The position numbers and the translations under genes were made by a program. The notes beneath the pieces were generated by a model. That model did not search any database, was not told the origin of the DNA, and was given only the letters and a program-made list of their open reading frames with translations. Source: Candidatus Zixiibacteriota bacterium (lineage in GTDB: Bacteria > Zixibacteria > MSB-5A5 > GN15 > JAAZOE01). From it: DNA of 64,000 nt. The stretch spans positions 122,973 through 186,972 of the forward strand of contig JBDREQ010000003.1 in NCBI GenBank assembly GCA_043819555.1. Direction: 5' to 3'. Shown in pieces: positions 48,091-57,679 of this stretch (position 1 is its first letter; every line of letters begins with the position of its first letter).

Positions 48091-49296
48091 GTGCCGGTAT
48101 ATTCATATTCGAGAATAGGGTGTTTTGAAAATTGCCCCCGCCAGTACAAGTTTAAATATATAGAGAAGCCTCCAATTGAGAAGGTAACCGGAATCGAAGC
48201 GTTTATGGGTACAATGGTTCATGATGCCCTCGAAAAATGTTACCTCATGGCGATGTCTGAAAGAATCCTTGATGAAGAGGAATTAATCACGACATATAAA
48301 AAGGGTTGGTCTGATTCGAAACCGGATAATCTTAGAATTGTCAATTCGGATATTACGGAGGATGAGTTTATTCGAGTTGGGGAAAAAGCGCTGCGCTTGT
48401 ATCACCAAAAACATTTTCCATTTGATGATGAACTGACAATTGGACTTGAGAAAATGATTGTTTTTTCACTTGATGATGAAAACCAGTACAAAATGCAAGG
48501 TTTTATTGATCGATTATCCCGGGATGGCTCAGGTCGTTTGCGGATTCAGGATTATAAGACCAGCGGGCGGTTGCCTACTCAGGAGGAGGTTGATTCGGAT
48601 AGGCAGTTAGCTTTATATCAAGTGGCGGTCGATAAGATGTGGCCGGATAATAATGGAATCGAGTTGGTCTGGCACTACCTGCGTTTTGATACGAGTTTAG
48701 TGTCGTATCGAAGTTCGGATGCGTTAGACAATGTATGCCGGGAATATATCAAGAAGATAAAGAAGATTGAGAAGGCTGTTGTTTTGGATGATTTTCCAGT
48801 CAATGAAAGCCGTTTGTGCGATTGGTGCGAGTATAATTCAATTTGTCCGGCGAAAGTGGATATAAATATTTTATCTGAAAAAAAGCAAACTGAATTAGCT
48901 TTTTTGGGTGCGGAAGCGCAAAAAATCCTTGTTGATGATTATATCGCTTATGAGGTGGGTATTAAGGATCTGTTGGAGAAACAAAACCGGATAAAAGAAA
49001 AGTTGCTGGAGCTTGGAAAAGAAGGCCGCGATATTTATATCAGGGGAAGCGGGGGAAATGGTGTGTTGATTTCTGTTCGTAAGTCGGAAAAATTGCCGAC
49101 CAAATCGTCTGATTCCGGGAAATTTAAGGCCATAAGTGAAGTGATAAATGATGCGGGGATATTAGAGAACTATTCTTCACTCGATATAAGGAAGGTGCAG
49201 AGGGCATTTGATAATTTTGATTTTCCGGACAGTGTTCAAAAAAGGCTGGCAGAGTTTATAGAAGCGACCGTTAGGGGATCGATAAAAATTAAATAG
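48091..49296 (+). CDS. PD-(D/E)XK nuclease, RecB/AddB/Cas4-like, with 4Fe-4S cysteines
   Basis: SYS...CPRQY, G..VH, GFIDR, DYKT, QLALY, LCDWCEY...CP. Confidence 0.88.
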   Translation: MPVYSYSRIGCFENCPRQYKFKYIEKPPIEKVTGIEAFMGTMVHDALEKCYLMAMSERILDEEELITTYKKGWSDSKPDNLRIVNSDITEDEFIRVGEKALRLYHQKHFPFDDELTIGLEKMIVFSLDDENQYKMQGFIDRLSRDGSGRLRIQDYKTSGRLPTQEEVDSDRQLALYQVAVDKMWPDNNGIELVWHYLRFDTSLVSYRSSDALDNVCREYIKKIKKIEKAVVLDDFPVNESRLCDWCEYNSICPAKVDINILSEKKQTELAFLGAEAQKILVDDYIAYEVGIKDLLEKQNRIKEKLLELGKEGRDIYIRGSGGNGVLISVRKSEKLPTKSSDSGKFKAISEVINDAGILENYSSLDIRKVQRAFDNFDFPDSVQKRLAEFIEATVRGSIKIK

Positions 49297-49321
49297 CAAT
49301 TCAACAAACAGTTATAAATTT

Positions 49322-49354
49322 AAAAAAAAGACGCCGTTATGATGCGGCGTCTTT
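49322..49354. terminator. Bidirectional terminator
   Basis: aaagacgccg-ttatgatg-cggcgtcttt between convergent genes. Confidence 0.75.
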
Positions 49355-49380
49355 CGTAGCATTTGCCTTAAAGCAGGGAA

Positions 49381-49905
49381 CTATTTTTTGGTTTCAATTT
49401 TCAACGCGGGAACGATTGTTTTGGCTTCGGTATTAACCAGCATCAGATGATTGTTGGGAGCGTAATAAGCCGTATCGACCGCGAATGGCCCCGGGGTTTT
49501 TGAATCATTTACCGAAATATATATTCTGCCAATTTCGCCCTTGCCCGGTTCAAGAGGCGGTTTATCCGGCCCCATGTAGGCGATACCGCCGAAGTGCATA
49601 ACCTGACCGATGGTATCAGCCTGCATATATTTCTGGGCGAAATATTCAATTCGGGTTCCGGCGTAAGAAACACTGTCGAGAACGAGTTTGGCGATGCCGG
49701 CCGTATATCCCAGGGGAATATCCATGGCGGCCAATTCTTCATCATTCCACAACTGGACGGAGACCATCCATTTACCATCGCCAATTTTATTGACGATCAG
49801 AGACAGCGTATCGATAGCGCCGATTGGGTCAGTTTGAGCCATCGATGTTCCGGATATCATTATTAAAAGGACGACAATTAATAGAAACGGTTTTTTGTTT
49901 TTCAT
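49381..49905 (-). CDS. Secreted cohesin-like protein
   Basis: Signal peptide; VSVQLWNDEELAAMDIPLGY, LDSVSY.GTR, PLEPG.G.IG.IY. Confidence 0.55.
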   Translation of the reverse strand: MKNKKPFLLIVVLLIMISGTSMAQTDPIGAIDTLSLIVNKIGDGKWMVSVQLWNDEELAAMDIPLGYTAGIAKLVLDSVSYAGTRIEYFAQKYMQADTIGQVMHFGGIAYMGPDKPPLEPGKGEIGRIYISVNDSKTPGPFAVDTAYYAPNNHLMLVNTEAKTIVPALKIETKK

Positions 49906-49917
49906 TTATCCCTCCGC

Positions 49918-51456
49918 TTATTGCAAAGCGTCTATATTAATATTTGTATTTTCGTTTTCGTTAATAGTAGTGCTATCGGTAATTCCGAATTCTTTGTTTA
50001 GCCGGTCGAGATAATTTTGGGCTCGTACTGAATCACCCAAATCTTTATAGGCAATTCCGGCGGCATTATAAAGGGCTTTGGCTCCGATTAATGATCCCGG
50101 AGCCAGGGCATGGATTTTCTCCAGGAATTCCAAAGCTTCCTGAGTGCGATCGGTACTGCGATAAATATCGGCCATATAAGTATATGCCGCCAGAGCGACG
50201 GATTGTCCCTGATTATTATCCGCCGCTTGTTGATAAAACTCGATGCCCTTATTATACCAGATATCGGCCAGTTCAATATCACCTTCGGCCATGAAATACT
50301 CGGGAATAAAGCGAGCGGCTTGAAATGCCGGTTCGGTGAAGGGGTAATTATCGAACAGCCATTGAAATTCCAGAAGCGCCCGATCCCAGTCGTTATCGGC
50401 TTGAAATGACTGAGCATAAACCAGTTGAGTTTGAGACATTAGACGGGAGCTATAAGGGAACTTTCTTTTTAAATCGACAAAATATTTACGCCCTTCAAAG
50501 TAATCGTTTTTAGAACAATAGACCTTCCCGATATTTAGAAGCATCTGACCGATTATGGAACTATCAGGCTGGCGGTCTATAATATACTGATACATTTCAA
50601 GGGCGCTATCAAGATTATTTATGGGGCCGTTATAAATATTTCCAATCAGGATAGCCGAGGGGATATCGATTTGACCGGAAGTATCTTTGATATCGTATAA
50701 TTGATTAATAGCATCCTGCCATTTTTCCGTAAGCGCATATAATCGAGCGGTATGAACCTTGGCCGAACGATTTAAATCCTGATTACTCGAAAACTCTGTT
50801 TTTAATCTGCCGTAATATTCCAGAGCACTATTGGTGAAGCTTGCATATCGCTGGTCGTCTTTTAAAGATTTCAATATTTTAATCTTATCCAGCGGGATAT
50901 TCATAATATTCGTATTCACACGTTGTCTGTAATCCAACGGGGGGAATTGGTTTTCAAGGACCCTATCATATATAGCAAGGGTCGAGTCATACTGTTTGAG
51001 ATCTTTGTATGTTCTCGCAATTTGTATTTGGGCCGCGACAATATCATCAGGCATGGCTGGAATGTCATTTCCTATGTGTCTAAACGCGGCGATTAAAGAA
51101 TCAGCTTCTCTTCGAGCCTGATAATATCGGGCCAAATGCAATTGTGAGGCCACGGCAATTCGGGCCATCTGTTGCAAGGTTAAAGTATCGGCGGCAATAC
51201 TCACGTTTGTTTTGTGGTGGTGATAAAAGGCAATGATATTTTCGTGGGCGGATTTTAATCTCAGGCTATCATCAGATGTTATCAATTCGGGTTGAATGCT
51301 AAGTTGTTCAGCTATCTTATCAGTTTGGAAGGCCATTTTTTCCATTTCATAGCGTATTCGGTCGGGGCTATCCTGAGTACATGCCGCCATGATAGAAAGA
51401 CCGGCGATTATGGTGAATATCAGTATTATGCGAATCATATTTGCGCAACTCGTCAA
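49918..51456 (-). CDS. TPR lipoprotein
   Basis: MAAC lipobox, many TPR units. Confidence 0.8.
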   Translation of the reverse strand: MTSCANMIRIILIFTIIAGLSIMAACTQDSPDRIRYEMEKMAFQTDKIAEQLSIQPELITSDDSLRLKSAHENIIAFYHHHKTNVSIAADTLTLQQMARIAVASQLHLARYYQARREADSLIAAFRHIGNDIPAMPDDIVAAQIQIARTYKDLKQYDSTLAIYDRVLENQFPPLDYRQRVNTNIMNIPLDKIKILKSLKDDQRYASFTNSALEYYGRLKTEFSSNQDLNRSAKVHTARLYALTEKWQDAINQLYDIKDTSGQIDIPSAILIGNIYNGPINNLDSALEMYQYIIDRQPDSSIIGQMLLNIGKVYCSKNDYFEGRKYFVDLKRKFPYSSRLMSQTQLVYAQSFQADNDWDRALLEFQWLFDNYPFTEPAFQAARFIPEYFMAEGDIELADIWYNKGIEFYQQAADNNQGQSVALAAYTYMADIYRSTDRTQEALEFLEKIHALAPGSLIGAKALYNAAGIAYKDLGDSVRAQNYLDRLNKEFGITDSTTINENENTNINIDALQ

Positions 51457-51732
51457 TTGTTTGCCCCTTATACCAAAGAATTGTTAATAAAGCCCCAAAA
51501 AAGTGAATCTGTAACCACTCTAATGAGATTTTACGGAATAACTGTTAAATTATTGACTATTTTTCGCGCCTCCCAATTTTCGCTATTACAATGTCCAAAA
51601 AGAATTTAGTTGATTGGGGTTAATATGTCAAGAAGGGTGATTGCATTTGATTTTCTGGTATATCAATTTCAAAGGTGATTTGGCAATATTTCTGAATTCT
51701 CCCCATTAATAAAAAGCAGTGGAGGTTTATCA

Positions 51733-53001
51733 ATGCGCGAAAAATACAACAAGTATAATGATGTCTCAGAACCGGTTATGGTAAGTTCGATTCGGGGGGA
51801 CAAGTTGAAAAGAGGCCGGTTATCCGAAAACAGGTTTTTGGGAAATAGTTTAAGTTTTAAATCCGGAGAATACCGAGAAAGTAGATTTCGGATTAAACTA
51901 TATCGATTTATGGCTGAATCAATTCCCCTGGTCAGCTCAGTCATATGGACGTGGAGCCGTCTGGCGGCGGCACCCGGGAAATTTATTTTATCTAAAGATG
52001 ATAAGCAAATTGAAAATAACCGGGCCAGACAGACCATAGAGGATTTATTCAGGCGGATTATAAAGGAGAATTTCGGTCACAGTGGATCGATTAATGAAAT
52101 ATTGCCGGCGTTTTTCCAATCGCTGTTTCTCGATGGCAATGTCGCGGGGCAGATAAAATTGCACAGTGATATGTCCGGAGTTGAGAGTTTTCGATTTTTT
52201 GATATGTCAAAGAGCGAAGTTGAAATATCATCTCGGGGAGATATAAAAATAGTGTCCGCAGATGAAAAAGGTGAGAGGGCATATTCGGGCAATGATCTGT
52301 TCTTTTATGGCCATAATAGCGATTTATCCAATCCGTATGGAAAATCGATTTTAAAAGCGGTTTCGTTCGTTTCCTATGTAGAGCAACAACTGGTAGATGA
52401 TATGAGGCGGGCGACGCATAACGCCGGTTATCATAGATTGCATATTAAAATAAAGCCTCCGGAAAAGAAAGAGGAGGAAAGCGATGAGGCGTATGTCCGC
52501 CGGGCTAATAGTTATTTTGACGATACAGTTTCGATGATTCGCGATATCGAGACGGAGGATAATCCGGTAACCTGGGATGATGTAGCAATTGAGTACATCG
52601 GACCCCGGATGCAGGGCGGCGCACGCACGAGTAATTGGTATCTGACACATCGAGCAATGATTGAGGAAATATGCAGCGGCACGAATCTGGCGCCATTTCT
52701 TTTGGGCTATTCCTATAACGCTACGACCAACTGGGCACAGTTTAAGTATGATCTTGTGATGCGACAGGTTCATTCGGCGCAATATGCAGCCAGGAATTTT
52801 ATGACATGGCTGGCCAATATTGAATTGGCTCTTAAAGGATTCAAGTTAAGGGCGGATTGGGAATTCGATAATAATTTTTCGGCTCTGGCAAAAGAACAAA
52901 CCGATACCAAAAGCAAACAGGCGGCCTATATTATTGATTTGTTTAATGCCGGGTTGATTGATCGTGACGAGGCAGCGAAAAAAGCAGCGGGGTTGCTCTA
53001 A
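51733..53001 (+). CDS. Putative phage portal protein
   Basis: LYR.M...P.V, LFLDG, NPYGKSIL, I.SG...PFLLG, T.NWA..Y, AGLIDRDEA; size and position next to TerL. Confidence 0.75.
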   Translation: MREKYNKYNDVSEPVMVSSIRGDKLKRGRLSENRFLGNSLSFKSGEYRESRFRIKLYRFMAESIPLVSSVIWTWSRLAAAPGKFILSKDDKQIENNRARQTIEDLFRRIIKENFGHSGSINEILPAFFQSLFLDGNVAGQIKLHSDMSGVESFRFFDMSKSEVEISSRGDIKIVSADEKGERAYSGNDLFFYGHNSDLSNPYGKSILKAVSFVSYVEQQLVDDMRRATHNAGYHRLHIKIKPPEKKEEESDEAYVRRANSYFDDTVSMIRDIETEDNPVTWDDVAIEYIGPRMQGGARTSNWYLTHRAMIEEICSGTNLAPFLLGYSYNATTNWAQFKYDLVMRQVHSAQYAARNFMTWLANIELALKGFKLRADWEFDNNFSALAKEQTDTKSKQAAYIIDLFNAGLIDRDEAAKKAAGLL

Positions 53002-53054
53002 TCGAAACAGGCAAAAAACTCTTTGAGCCGGGTCGGGTAATCTGGAGAAAAGCT

Positions 53055-54353
53055 TTGCTTGACCCGGTTTATTTTTCTCAAAAAGTATTAAATATAAATC
53101 CTCATCCGGGCCAGGCCGCCTGGTTGCGGGGTTCCTATCGGCCTGAGAATCTTTTGGCGACGGGCAATCGCTGGGGGAAATCGTATGTCCAGGCGATAAA
53201 GATTCTTCACCGCGCATTATTTAAAATTCGCTCTCTGGAAAATGACGGCGATGGCCATTACAATATAGTAGTTGCCTCGATAACACAGGATCAGGCCAAT
53301 ATAATTTTTAATACGGCTGTGCGAATTGTAAGATCAAATCAAATATTTTCGGGTCTGGTTAAGTCAATTAAAAGAACGCCATATCCAATAATGACATTAG
53401 GCAATAACGCAGTAATAACGGCAAGAACGACCCAAAACCGAGGGAATTATTTGCTGGGCAATGATTATGATTTTTTTTCGTTTGATGAAGCAGCGTTTGA
53501 GGTCGAACCGGAGTATGTTATAAATGATGTCGTCATGATGCGGTTGGCTGACAGAAACGGTCGATTGGATCTGATTTCAACTCCAAATGGCAGGAATTGG
53601 TTTTATCGCCGGATGTGTGAATTACAGAAGGATGCGGGACGCGGGTATGTGCAATTAGGGGACAGCCGCGATAACCCTTACCTTTCTGAAATGGCATTAA
53701 AAACCAGATTAAGGCAATTACCCGCTGATCGTGTGGCCCAGAATATCGCGGGACAATTTATTGATAACAATCGCACGATATTTTCATCCGAAGATATTGA
53801 TCATGCCTTAACAACAGATAAACTCGATTCATTTAACTCTGAGCGAAAATATATTTCGGGGTGGGATCTGGCTCGCAAGCAGACACATACGGTCGGAATG
53901 ACGTTTGATGTTACCGAGAAGCCATACAAACTCGTCGCCTTTGATCGCTTTAATAATCGCGATTGGTCGGATGTGGTGGGAGTTATCAGACGTCGACAGG
54001 CTGAATATAAAAGTAAGATAGTCATTGACGCGACCGGGCTGGGTGATGTGATTATTTCCGAGTTATCGGATTTGAAGCCAGAAGGGGTTATTTTTACAGT
54101 CAAGACTAAATCTGAGCTATTGGGGAATCTATTGCTTCTTCACAATCGCAAAGAAATAAGGTATTGTGATATGGTCCAGTATGAAGATAAGGCAATCAGG
54201 TGGAGTTTGGAAGATGAGATGCGAGAGATAACCTGGGATAATAATAATAAATTTGACGCCGAGATGGCAATGGCATTAGCTGTATGGCCCAAGAGAAGCA
54301 GGATATTATTTCCAGCTAGCGGTCCGGTTCCAGTCAGGGTTTCAACTATTTAA
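53055..54353 (+). CDS. Large terminase subunit
   Basis: PHPGQ, Walker A GNRWGKS, Walker B FSFDEAA, ISTPNG, DNPYL; nuclease acidic motifs GWDLAR, IDATGLG, FDAEMA. Confidence 0.9.
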   Translation: MLDPVYFSQKVLNINPHPGQAAWLRGSYRPENLLATGNRWGKSYVQAIKILHRALFKIRSLENDGDGHYNIVVASITQDQANIIFNTAVRIVRSNQIFSGLVKSIKRTPYPIMTLGNNAVITARTTQNRGNYLLGNDYDFFSFDEAAFEVEPEYVINDVVMMRLADRNGRLDLISTPNGRNWFYRRMCELQKDAGRGYVQLGDSRDNPYLSEMALKTRLRQLPADRVAQNIAGQFIDNNRTIFSSEDIDHALTTDKLDSFNSERKYISGWDLARKQTHTVGMTFDVTEKPYKLVAFDRFNNRDWSDVVGVIRRRQAEYKSKIVIDATGLGDVIISELSDLKPEGVIFTVKTKSELLGNLLLLHNRKEIRYCDMVQYEDKAIRWSLEDEMREITWDNNNKFDAEMAMALAVWPKRSRILFPASGPVPVRVSTI

Positions 54354-54376
54354 AAACCGCCTTTGTCAAAAGCGGT
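54352..54376. terminator. Terminator-like hairpin between terL and a convergent small gene
   Basis: accgcct-ttgtcaa-aagcggt preceded by an A tract (T tract on the minus strand). Confidence 0.5.
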
Positions 54377-54412
54377 GGAAACAGGGATTTATATTTTTTT
54401 AGATGGCTTTTA

Positions 54413-54517
54413 TTAAAAGCTGTACACATCTGCAAATGTGATTAGCATTCCCAGAATAAAGACAATTAGTCCGGCTACCCAGGCGTAAGATTTTTTGTCT
54501 TTTTTGTATGTAACCAT
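54413..54517 (-). CDS. 34-aa hydrophobic peptide missing from the track
   Basis: MVTYKKDKKSYAWVAGLIVFILGMLITFADVYSF* with double TAA; GGAG/AAGG RBS; sigma54 site upstream. Confidence 0.6.
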   Translation of the reverse strand: MVTYKKDKKSYAWVAGLIVFILGMLITFADVYSF

Positions 54518-54552
54518 GATCCTTATCTCCGGTTATTGTTTGATTTCATTAA

Positions 54553-54568
54553 TGCAAGATTTGTGCCC
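54553..54568 (-). promoter_or_regulatory. sigma54 -24/-12 promoter
   Basis: GGGCAC-AAATC-TTGCA on the minus strand, 35 bp upstream of the ATG at 54517. Confidence 0.65.
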
Positions 54569-54750
54569 GAATGGTGTTCAATAATTTAACAGCGCTAATC
54601 ACTTGGCATACAAAAATATCCAAAATTATATATGGAAACCGGCGGCAATCTCCGATTAAATATGCAAACTAATGTTAAACTTGGGCGAAATTAACGGCAA
54701 ATAACCGCAGATTATGGAACCTCCGGCTTAATTAAAAAGCTGGAGGATAA

Positions 54751-56616
54751 ATGGCAAAATTATCAGGACGGTTGACAGCAAAGCTGGCCGAAAAGAGTGA
54801 AACATATGATCAATCGTTAGTTGATGAAATCAATCAGCGAATTAGACCACCCCGATCAATTCTGGAAAAAGATGTATATATCAGGGCAATGTATATTGTT
54901 TCGGACAATATTAATAGCCAAGGGGGACGATTTGGCGAAAATGAACTTGATGCTTTGACTGATTTAATTATTGACGCACCGGTGATGATTGGGCATCGTC
55001 GCGATAGTTTGCCGGTAGCGCGGAATTTCAAGGCAGAAAGAGTTAATATTGACGGGCGTCAATGGGTCAAGGCCTATTTCTACTGGATGAAGGACAGTGA
55101 AGGCGCCGTTGATTTCAAGAATAATATGGATGGCGGAATTTATAAGGAATGTTCAATCAGTTTTTTGTTTTCTTTCCCCGAATGCAGTATTTGCGGTAAG
55201 GATATTCGGCAATGCCATCATGTTCCGTTTGAAGAATATGATTCTCCTGGTGGAGACCATGCAATAGCTCATTTCTGGTATAGGAAAATAGAAAAAGTAC
55301 TCGAAACATCTCTGGTTTTCAGAGGGGCCATTCCGGATACGCGGATAACCGACAAATTGCATGAAAATGAAAAGGAAAAAGTGCAGTTGTTTACCAAAGC
55401 GAGAACTAAGGATTTATCAAATCATAAAACCGGCCTTTCGCGTTCACGTTTGGGTTGCTTGAATCCGAACAGAACAACAATTCCCAATGGTCAGAAACTA
55501 TGGGTATATCCTTATCAACCGGGATTATTAATCAGAATTAAAAAGCAAAACAAAGAAATCAATTATGAATCACCGGTTTTGCTATCAGAAAAAGTCAGAA
55601 ATCGCTTGAATTCAAGATTAGAACTGGTGCCACAGGAATCATTTATTGTTGACGCTCTTCTCTATTCTACCCGGGGGAAAGACAGGCTCAATGGTTTTGG
55701 CCTGGCCAATCTCCTCGATTCTGGAGATCAATTGCATCGTTTGAAAATTCGGTTTTGTGATCTGTTGGAATATGAAGATGATTCTTACACGGAGAGTGAT
55801 TTTGCGTACCGCATAAAAAGAATGTCTGCGGTTTTTAAGATGGATGTTGGAATTGAAATATTTAATCCCAGATTGATCACTCAGGATGAATTGTCAATAT
55901 TTCTGAAGGGGGATAAATCAACTCAATTCAATTTTGGTATTGAAATACTCGCTGAAGATAATGCCAAGTGTCTCTCGCGATTTTTGACCAATGGGAGCAA
56001 TCTGACCGCAGGGGAAGTTAAATCAATTGATAGAATTAATAAATCTCAAGTTCTGTGCGGAGTGAGTTTGATCCATGATCACGATGCGGCGTTTCAAGTA
56101 AATATACCCGCCCATGATTGCCTTAATTCCGGAGCAGTTCTTTTATTATCTGAGATAAATGAAAATTCAAAAGATAAATCCAACCGGTACAAGGTAGTGG
56201 ATATTTTAGTTGGCATGGACGCGGATCGCATTGATGTTTCGAATTCTGATAAAAACCGGGAAGGCGTTTTGTATGCCTGTCAGAATGATAAGCAATTGAT
56301 AGTGGAATTTGTGTGCGACAATAACGTCTATCGAGCTTTAGTTTATTATTATTCACAGAGGTTGATTAATCAAAAGCGGAAATTTATCGCAGATGTAAAA
56401 ATAACTCGGGCAGCTAAAAAGGATAATATACGAGGCGATGAAATCCGTTTGAGTTCAGCGACCCTGGCGGGGAAACTAATCCGATTGAAGTTGATGGATA
56501 AGACAAAATTATTTGGGGATTGCCAGATATTATGGCTGCGACCGGTTCTTATTGATGGAGAAGAAAGATATTTGTTTTACGGGGGCAACGCTAATTATCG
56601 GCCAGAAGAATTATAA
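54751..56616 (+). CDS. Putative prohead protease (with CSICG...CHH insert) fused to a degenerate ATP-dependent-ligase-like domain
   Basis: SDNINS...RF, PVMIGH, GIYKECSI, ETSLVF.GA; C-terminal half with IVDA, FCDLL and R..RM ligase-like motifs; GGAGG RBS. Confidence 0.65.
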   Translation: MAKLSGRLTAKLAEKSETYDQSLVDEINQRIRPPRSILEKDVYIRAMYIVSDNINSQGGRFGENELDALTDLIIDAPVMIGHRRDSLPVARNFKAERVNIDGRQWVKAYFYWMKDSEGAVDFKNNMDGGIYKECSISFLFSFPECSICGKDIRQCHHVPFEEYDSPGGDHAIAHFWYRKIEKVLETSLVFRGAIPDTRITDKLHENEKEKVQLFTKARTKDLSNHKTGLSRSRLGCLNPNRTTIPNGQKLWVYPYQPGLLIRIKKQNKEINYESPVLLSEKVRNRLNSRLELVPQESFIVDALLYSTRGKDRLNGFGLANLLDSGDQLHRLKIRFCDLLEYEDDSYTESDFAYRIKRMSAVFKMDVGIEIFNPRLITQDELSIFLKGDKSTQFNFGIEILAEDNAKCLSRFLTNGSNLTAGEVKSIDRINKSQVLCGVSLIHDHDAAFQVNIPAHDCLNSGAVLLLSEINENSKDKSNRYKVVDILVGMDADRIDVSNSDKNREGVLYACQNDKQLIVEFVCDNNVYRALVYYYSQRLINQKRKFIADVKITRAAKKDNIRGDEIRLSSATLAGKLIRLKLMDKTKLFGDCQILWLRPVLIDGEERYLFYGGNANYRPEEL

Positions 56617-57292
56617 GACGCCGGGTTGCGGCCGCCTTTGAAGCAAGCATCACCAGGCCAACTCCATCAGCATAATATTCGTCAGCGGTTATAAGAGTAT
56701 CGGTGGAGAGTTCGTTCAGGAAAATGTGCGAACGAAAATGATAGGCGTCGTAGGAACTGGTGGGGAGAATGACTTCGCTTTGTTCTATGAATGAACGTTC
56801 TGTAAAAAAACCATAATTTAGATTAAGAAATGAGGTTCGGATTTCGCCAGTATCCGTTACGAACAACGGGGTCGTTATATAAAAAGTTGTACCAATTGTA
56901 TAGAATCGCGGGAGGATAACGGGAGTAGGCACATAGTACAAAGTATCCGGTGGCGCCGCATTGAGTCGAATCTGACCGGAGTGAAGGACACCGACGTCAT
57001 CAAGAGTCAATAAGTCCCGTGCGGTACCATTGGCTGAAAGCTGAACCTGGTCGCCGTGGCCGGAAATGATATCAACATTAATAAATGTAGTGTCAACATC
57101 AACAGAATAGTCGGGATAAAATGTTACCAGTGTATCATAAATGACATAACGAAGTTGGTGATCCCGATTTAGACCAAGCAAATCAGCTCCTTGCGGATAC
57201 GTTACCACAATTGGATTTTCAGAGGATTTATCACATCCGAAACCGATTATCGACCAAGAAATCGCAAGGAAGATGAGTACGGCACTTTTCAT
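56591..57292 (-). CDS. Lipoprotein on the opposite strand inside the capsid cluster
   Basis: GFGC lipobox, C-terminal EYYADGVGLV. Confidence 0.7.
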   Translation of the reverse strand: MKSAVLIFLAISWSIIGFGCDKSSENPIVVTYPQGADLLGLNRDHQLRYVIYDTLVTFYPDYSVDVDTTFINVDIISGHGDQVQLSANGTARDLLTLDDVGVLHSGQIRLNAAPPDTLYYVPTPVILPRFYTIGTTFYITTPLFVTDTGEIRTSFLNLNYGFFTERSFIEQSEVILPTSSYDAYHFRSHIFLNELSTDTLITADEYYADGVGLVMLASKAAATRRLIILLADN

Positions 57293-57367
57293 TACATAAT
57301 CCCTTTTGATATAAGTAAAGCGGAATTAATGGCACTAAGTCAATAAAAAAAAGGAGAGTTTGCGAGG

Positions 57368-57679
57368 ATGAATCAGATAATTTGGTCTCGCGTTAAATCG
57401 TTTCAGTCGATTTTAATGATTTTAATAACGCTGGGATATCTTCTAGGGACGCATCTATCAACGATTAATAGCCTGAAGATGGCTTTGATTAGTAAGGCCG
57501 AACGAAGCGAAGTGGATATGCTGGACAAAAAACTTACAAGAATTGAGGTAAAACTGGAAGAGGCGCTTTTATCGAAACAGGAAATATTCAGTCTGCGGCA
57601 GTGCCTTGAAGAAAAATTAAATGAACTTGCTGTCGAGATGCAACGATCAAGTGAAAGGGCCGGAAATGCCGGAAAATAA
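57368..57679 (+). CDS. Small membrane-anchored coiled-coil protein
   Basis: One N-terminal TM helix, then LDKKLTRIEVKL coiled coil. Confidence 0.6.
   Translation: MNQIIWSRVKSFQSILMILITLGYLLGTHLSTINSLKMALISKAERSEVDMLDKKLTRIEVKLEEALLSKQEIFSLRQCLEEKLNELAVEMQRSSERAGNAGK

Noticed and set aside
48091..49296. CRISPR-Cas system suggested by the Cas4-like nuclease
   Set aside because: No cas1/cas2 and no repeat-spacer array seen in the window.
54604..54620. TTGGCAT as a plus-strand sigma54 promoter for the protease gene
   Set aside because: No GC at the -12 position.
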